Assembly (NCBI GenBank): GCA_001662655.1
Contig: KV460240.1
Direction: 5' to 3' (one strand)
DNA length: 64,000 bases
From: Pseudogymnoascus verrucosus
Taxonomy: Eukaryota
The notes beneath the pieces were generated by a model that was given only the letters and a program-made list of their open reading frames with translations, was not told the DNA's origin and ran no database searches. Position numbers and translations under genes: made by a program. Position 1 is the stretch's first letter. Each line of letters begins with the position of its first letter. This document shows positions 61,859 to 64,000 of the stretch, in pieces.

Positions 61859-63016
61859 CTACTTCAACAGGCTCTCCTTGACACTGATGGGCCCCTCGCC
61901 GACACCAGTGAAGATAACGCGGCTAAGTCCCTCCTGCAGCGCCTTCACTGCCCTCTCATCCAAATGCGCCGCATCACTCGTCTTAACCTCCTCTCCCTTG
62001 CCCTCCCAGCCCTCGACAGAGCCCAACACAGACTTGATAGCTCCCGCAACCTCAGCCATGTGCTCCTCCTCAAAGTAGATAACGCAGTTTGGTCCAGCAT
62101 CAAACGTATATGCCGCAATAATCTTGCCAGCCTTCTCGTTGATCGCCTCAACCACTCTGATCGCAGCTCTGCTGGTATCATTGAGGTAAAAGATGGGTGG
62201 GAAGGTATCCAAGCACGTAGCGTGGAAGCTGTTGCTCTCCATCATGGTAACCTTGCCAAACAGCTCAAAGTCCTTATCCTTAACAGCTTTAATCATCTGC
62301 TCCATGTGCTTTGGCACCACAATCTCCGCACGGCGCTGGAAAAGCTCGGATGTTGCGACGGTGGTCTGCATGCCAGCCGTGCTGGACACGCCCTTCTTCT
62401 CGGCCGAGGCGACGAGGATCAAGGCGCGCATGTTGGGCCAGTGAGACGCTGGCGCAATCTCAACAGCCTGGGAATCCGATCCATCAGCCGCAGACCCCAT
62501 ATCCCACGCCACGTATCCGCCGAAGAGAGAGCGGCATGCCGAGCCAGAGCCCTGGCGGGCGATTTTCGAAAGCTCAGTCTTCGTCGCTGGGAGTTGGTAC
62601 AAGTCGGCGATAGCGCGGACCAGAGCAGCGAATCCGGCAGCGGAAGAGGCGAGCCCGGCAGCGGTGGGGAAGTTGTTCTCGGACACGATCTTGAGTGTCA
62701 ATGTGGAGAGCTTGGGGAGAGAGGGGTCGGCGGCCTCAAGGGCGGCGCGGAGGGAGCGCAGTTCGCGGAAACAGGCTTGGGTGCGTGCGCCGGAGACGTC
62801 CTGTGGTGAGCCATTGAGGAGGAGAGAGTCGTCGGATCCGAAGGTGGAGGAGCAGGCGGCGGTGGTGTGAGTTCTCAGGTCGGATTGGGAAAGGGTCACG
62901 GAGAGGGACGAGTTGGTAGGGAGGTTTAATTTGGGGTCGCGCTTGCCCCAGTACTTGACGACGGCAATGTTGACGGGCGCAGTGGTGCTGGCCTGGTAGA
63001 CTGTAGAATCGGCCAT
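61859..63016 (-). CDS. ERG19: Diphosphomevalonate decarboxylase
   Basis: APVNIAVVKYWGKRD, NNFPTAAGLASSAAG, ARQGSGSACRS, YTFDAGPN. Intronless, ATG at 63016. Confidence 0.97.
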   Translation of the reverse strand: MADSTVYQASTTAPVNIAVVKYWGKRDPKLNLPTNSSLSVTLSQSDLRTHTTAACSSTFGSDDSLLLNGSPQDVSGARTQACFRELRSLRAALEAADPSLPKLSTLTLKIVSENNFPTAAGLASSAAGFAALVRAIADLYQLPATKTELSKIARQGSGSACRSLFGGYVAWDMGSAADGSDSQAVEIAPASHWPNMRALILVASAEKKGVSSTAGMQTTVATSELFQRRAEIVVPKHMEQMIKAVKDKDFELFGKVTMMESNSFHATCLDTFPPIFYLNDTSRAAIRVVEAINEKAGKIIAAYTFDAGPNCVIYFEEEHMAEVAGAIKSVLGSVEGWEGKGEEVKTSDAAHLDERAVKALQEGLSRVIFTGVGEGPISVKESLLK

Positions 63017-63260
63017 TTTGAGTAAATTTTGAAGACTTGTGGAGAGAATTGAAAGGGGTTGCAATAGAGGGGTTGTTGGAAAGTGATGAGGGGTTGAAGG
63101 CGGTGAGGACTAAATACACTGGGTTGTGGTCTTGGGGCCAGACCAATCGGACATCATAGCGGGAGCAACCGTGCAGGGGCCCAAAATTATTAATGATGCC
63201 CTGTCGCCATCTTCTCGTCTCCCAGCGCGCTTCCAAGAATCCCGACTCACATACGCAAAC

Positions 63261-64000
63261 ATGGGCAAATCTCCAGAGGCAGAGGCGCCAGCCGAGGTGT
63301 GCCCCGTCGATGACAAGACCCGCGCGGCGTGGTTGAAGGCAAACCCAACGGCGTCGTTCCCCGGCGCAGCGAAGGGAGCGAGCGACGCAAAGAAAGGCAA
63401 TGCCTGCGATTCCGAAGATATCACCCAGGCTCCTCCGGCGCAGCCTGGGCTATTCGCGCGATTTTTCTCTTCGACGCCTCCTGCGGATGCGGCGGCCGTG
63501 TCGACAGGACTCGGTACGCAGCGCGTGGTTTCGACAATCCCTCGCGCATCGCCAGTCGACGACAGCGAAGGCTCGAAGCCGGCGAATAGCGAGAAGGAGA
63601 GCGGAGTTAGTGCGAGCGGGAACTGGATATACCCTTCAGAGAAGATGTTCTTTGATGCAATGAAGAGAAAGGTACGTATATTGGGATTGAATTGACGGAC
63701 GTTTCTGACAGTTGTTCCAGGGTCACTCAAGCGATCCTAAGGAGATGAAGACCATCGTACCGATACACAATGCAGTAAACGAGCGAGCATGGAAGGAGAT
63801 CAAGGAATGGGAGAAGCCATATGGAGCCGACGAGAAATGTGGAGGACCTAGGCTACACTCATTCCTGGGACTCTCAACCTCGATGTCTCCGAAGGCACGC
63901 TTCAACAGTCTGCTTGGATATACTACACCATTCGATCGCCACGACTGGATTGTTGATAGGTGTGGCAAGAAGGTTGAGTATATCATTGACTTTTATGCTG
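63261..64000 (+). CDS. CYT2: Holocytochrome-c synthase family protein, probably cytochrome c1 heme lyase (3'-truncated by the window edge)
   Basis: CPV heme-regulatory motif, RVVSTIPR, NWIYPSEKMFFDAMKRK, IHNAVNERAW, SPKAR, PFDRHDW. Intron 63672-63720. Confidence 0.85.

Noticed and set aside
61964..62809. 281-aa + strand ORF
   Set aside because: Antisense to ERG19 and explained by its codon bias

Overview
A gene-dense window from a filamentous ascomycete. The short GT-AG introns carry CTAAC/CTGAC branch points; a Leotiomycete such as Pseudogymnoascus is an inference from overall style only. About 23 spliced or unspliced protein genes can be reconstructed: RUS1/DUF647 (5'-partial), an RgsA-type RGS protein, CIA1, a branched-chain aminotransferase, GRX5, ECT1, RAE1/GLE2, a Siw14-family phosphatase, an Aim19-like protein, an Hlj1-type DnaJ, UFD2, a Pep12-type syntaxin, NDC1, YVH1, a C2H2 factor, a Vfa1-like protein, RTT106, ERG19/MVD1, a cytochrome c1 heme lyase (3'-partial) and several unknowns. 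Four signals go beyond ordinary annotation. (1) A 2.0-kb non-autonomous DNA transposon (77-78 bp terminal inverted repeats, 17049-19050) carries an F-box-like/ankyrin cargo gene with one in-frame TAG. (2) The RGS gene's TAG stop is followed in frame by 265 further sense codons, a continuing peptide repeat and a possible pseudoknot, making it a stop-codon readthrough or recoding candidate; the same gene has a ~2.3-kb AUG-depleted leader. (3) An RNase MRP RNA gene lies on the minus strand (~31892-32330). (4) A hairpin-rich non-coding stretch lies next to tandem CACGTG boxes. All calls were made by eye and no database search was run.
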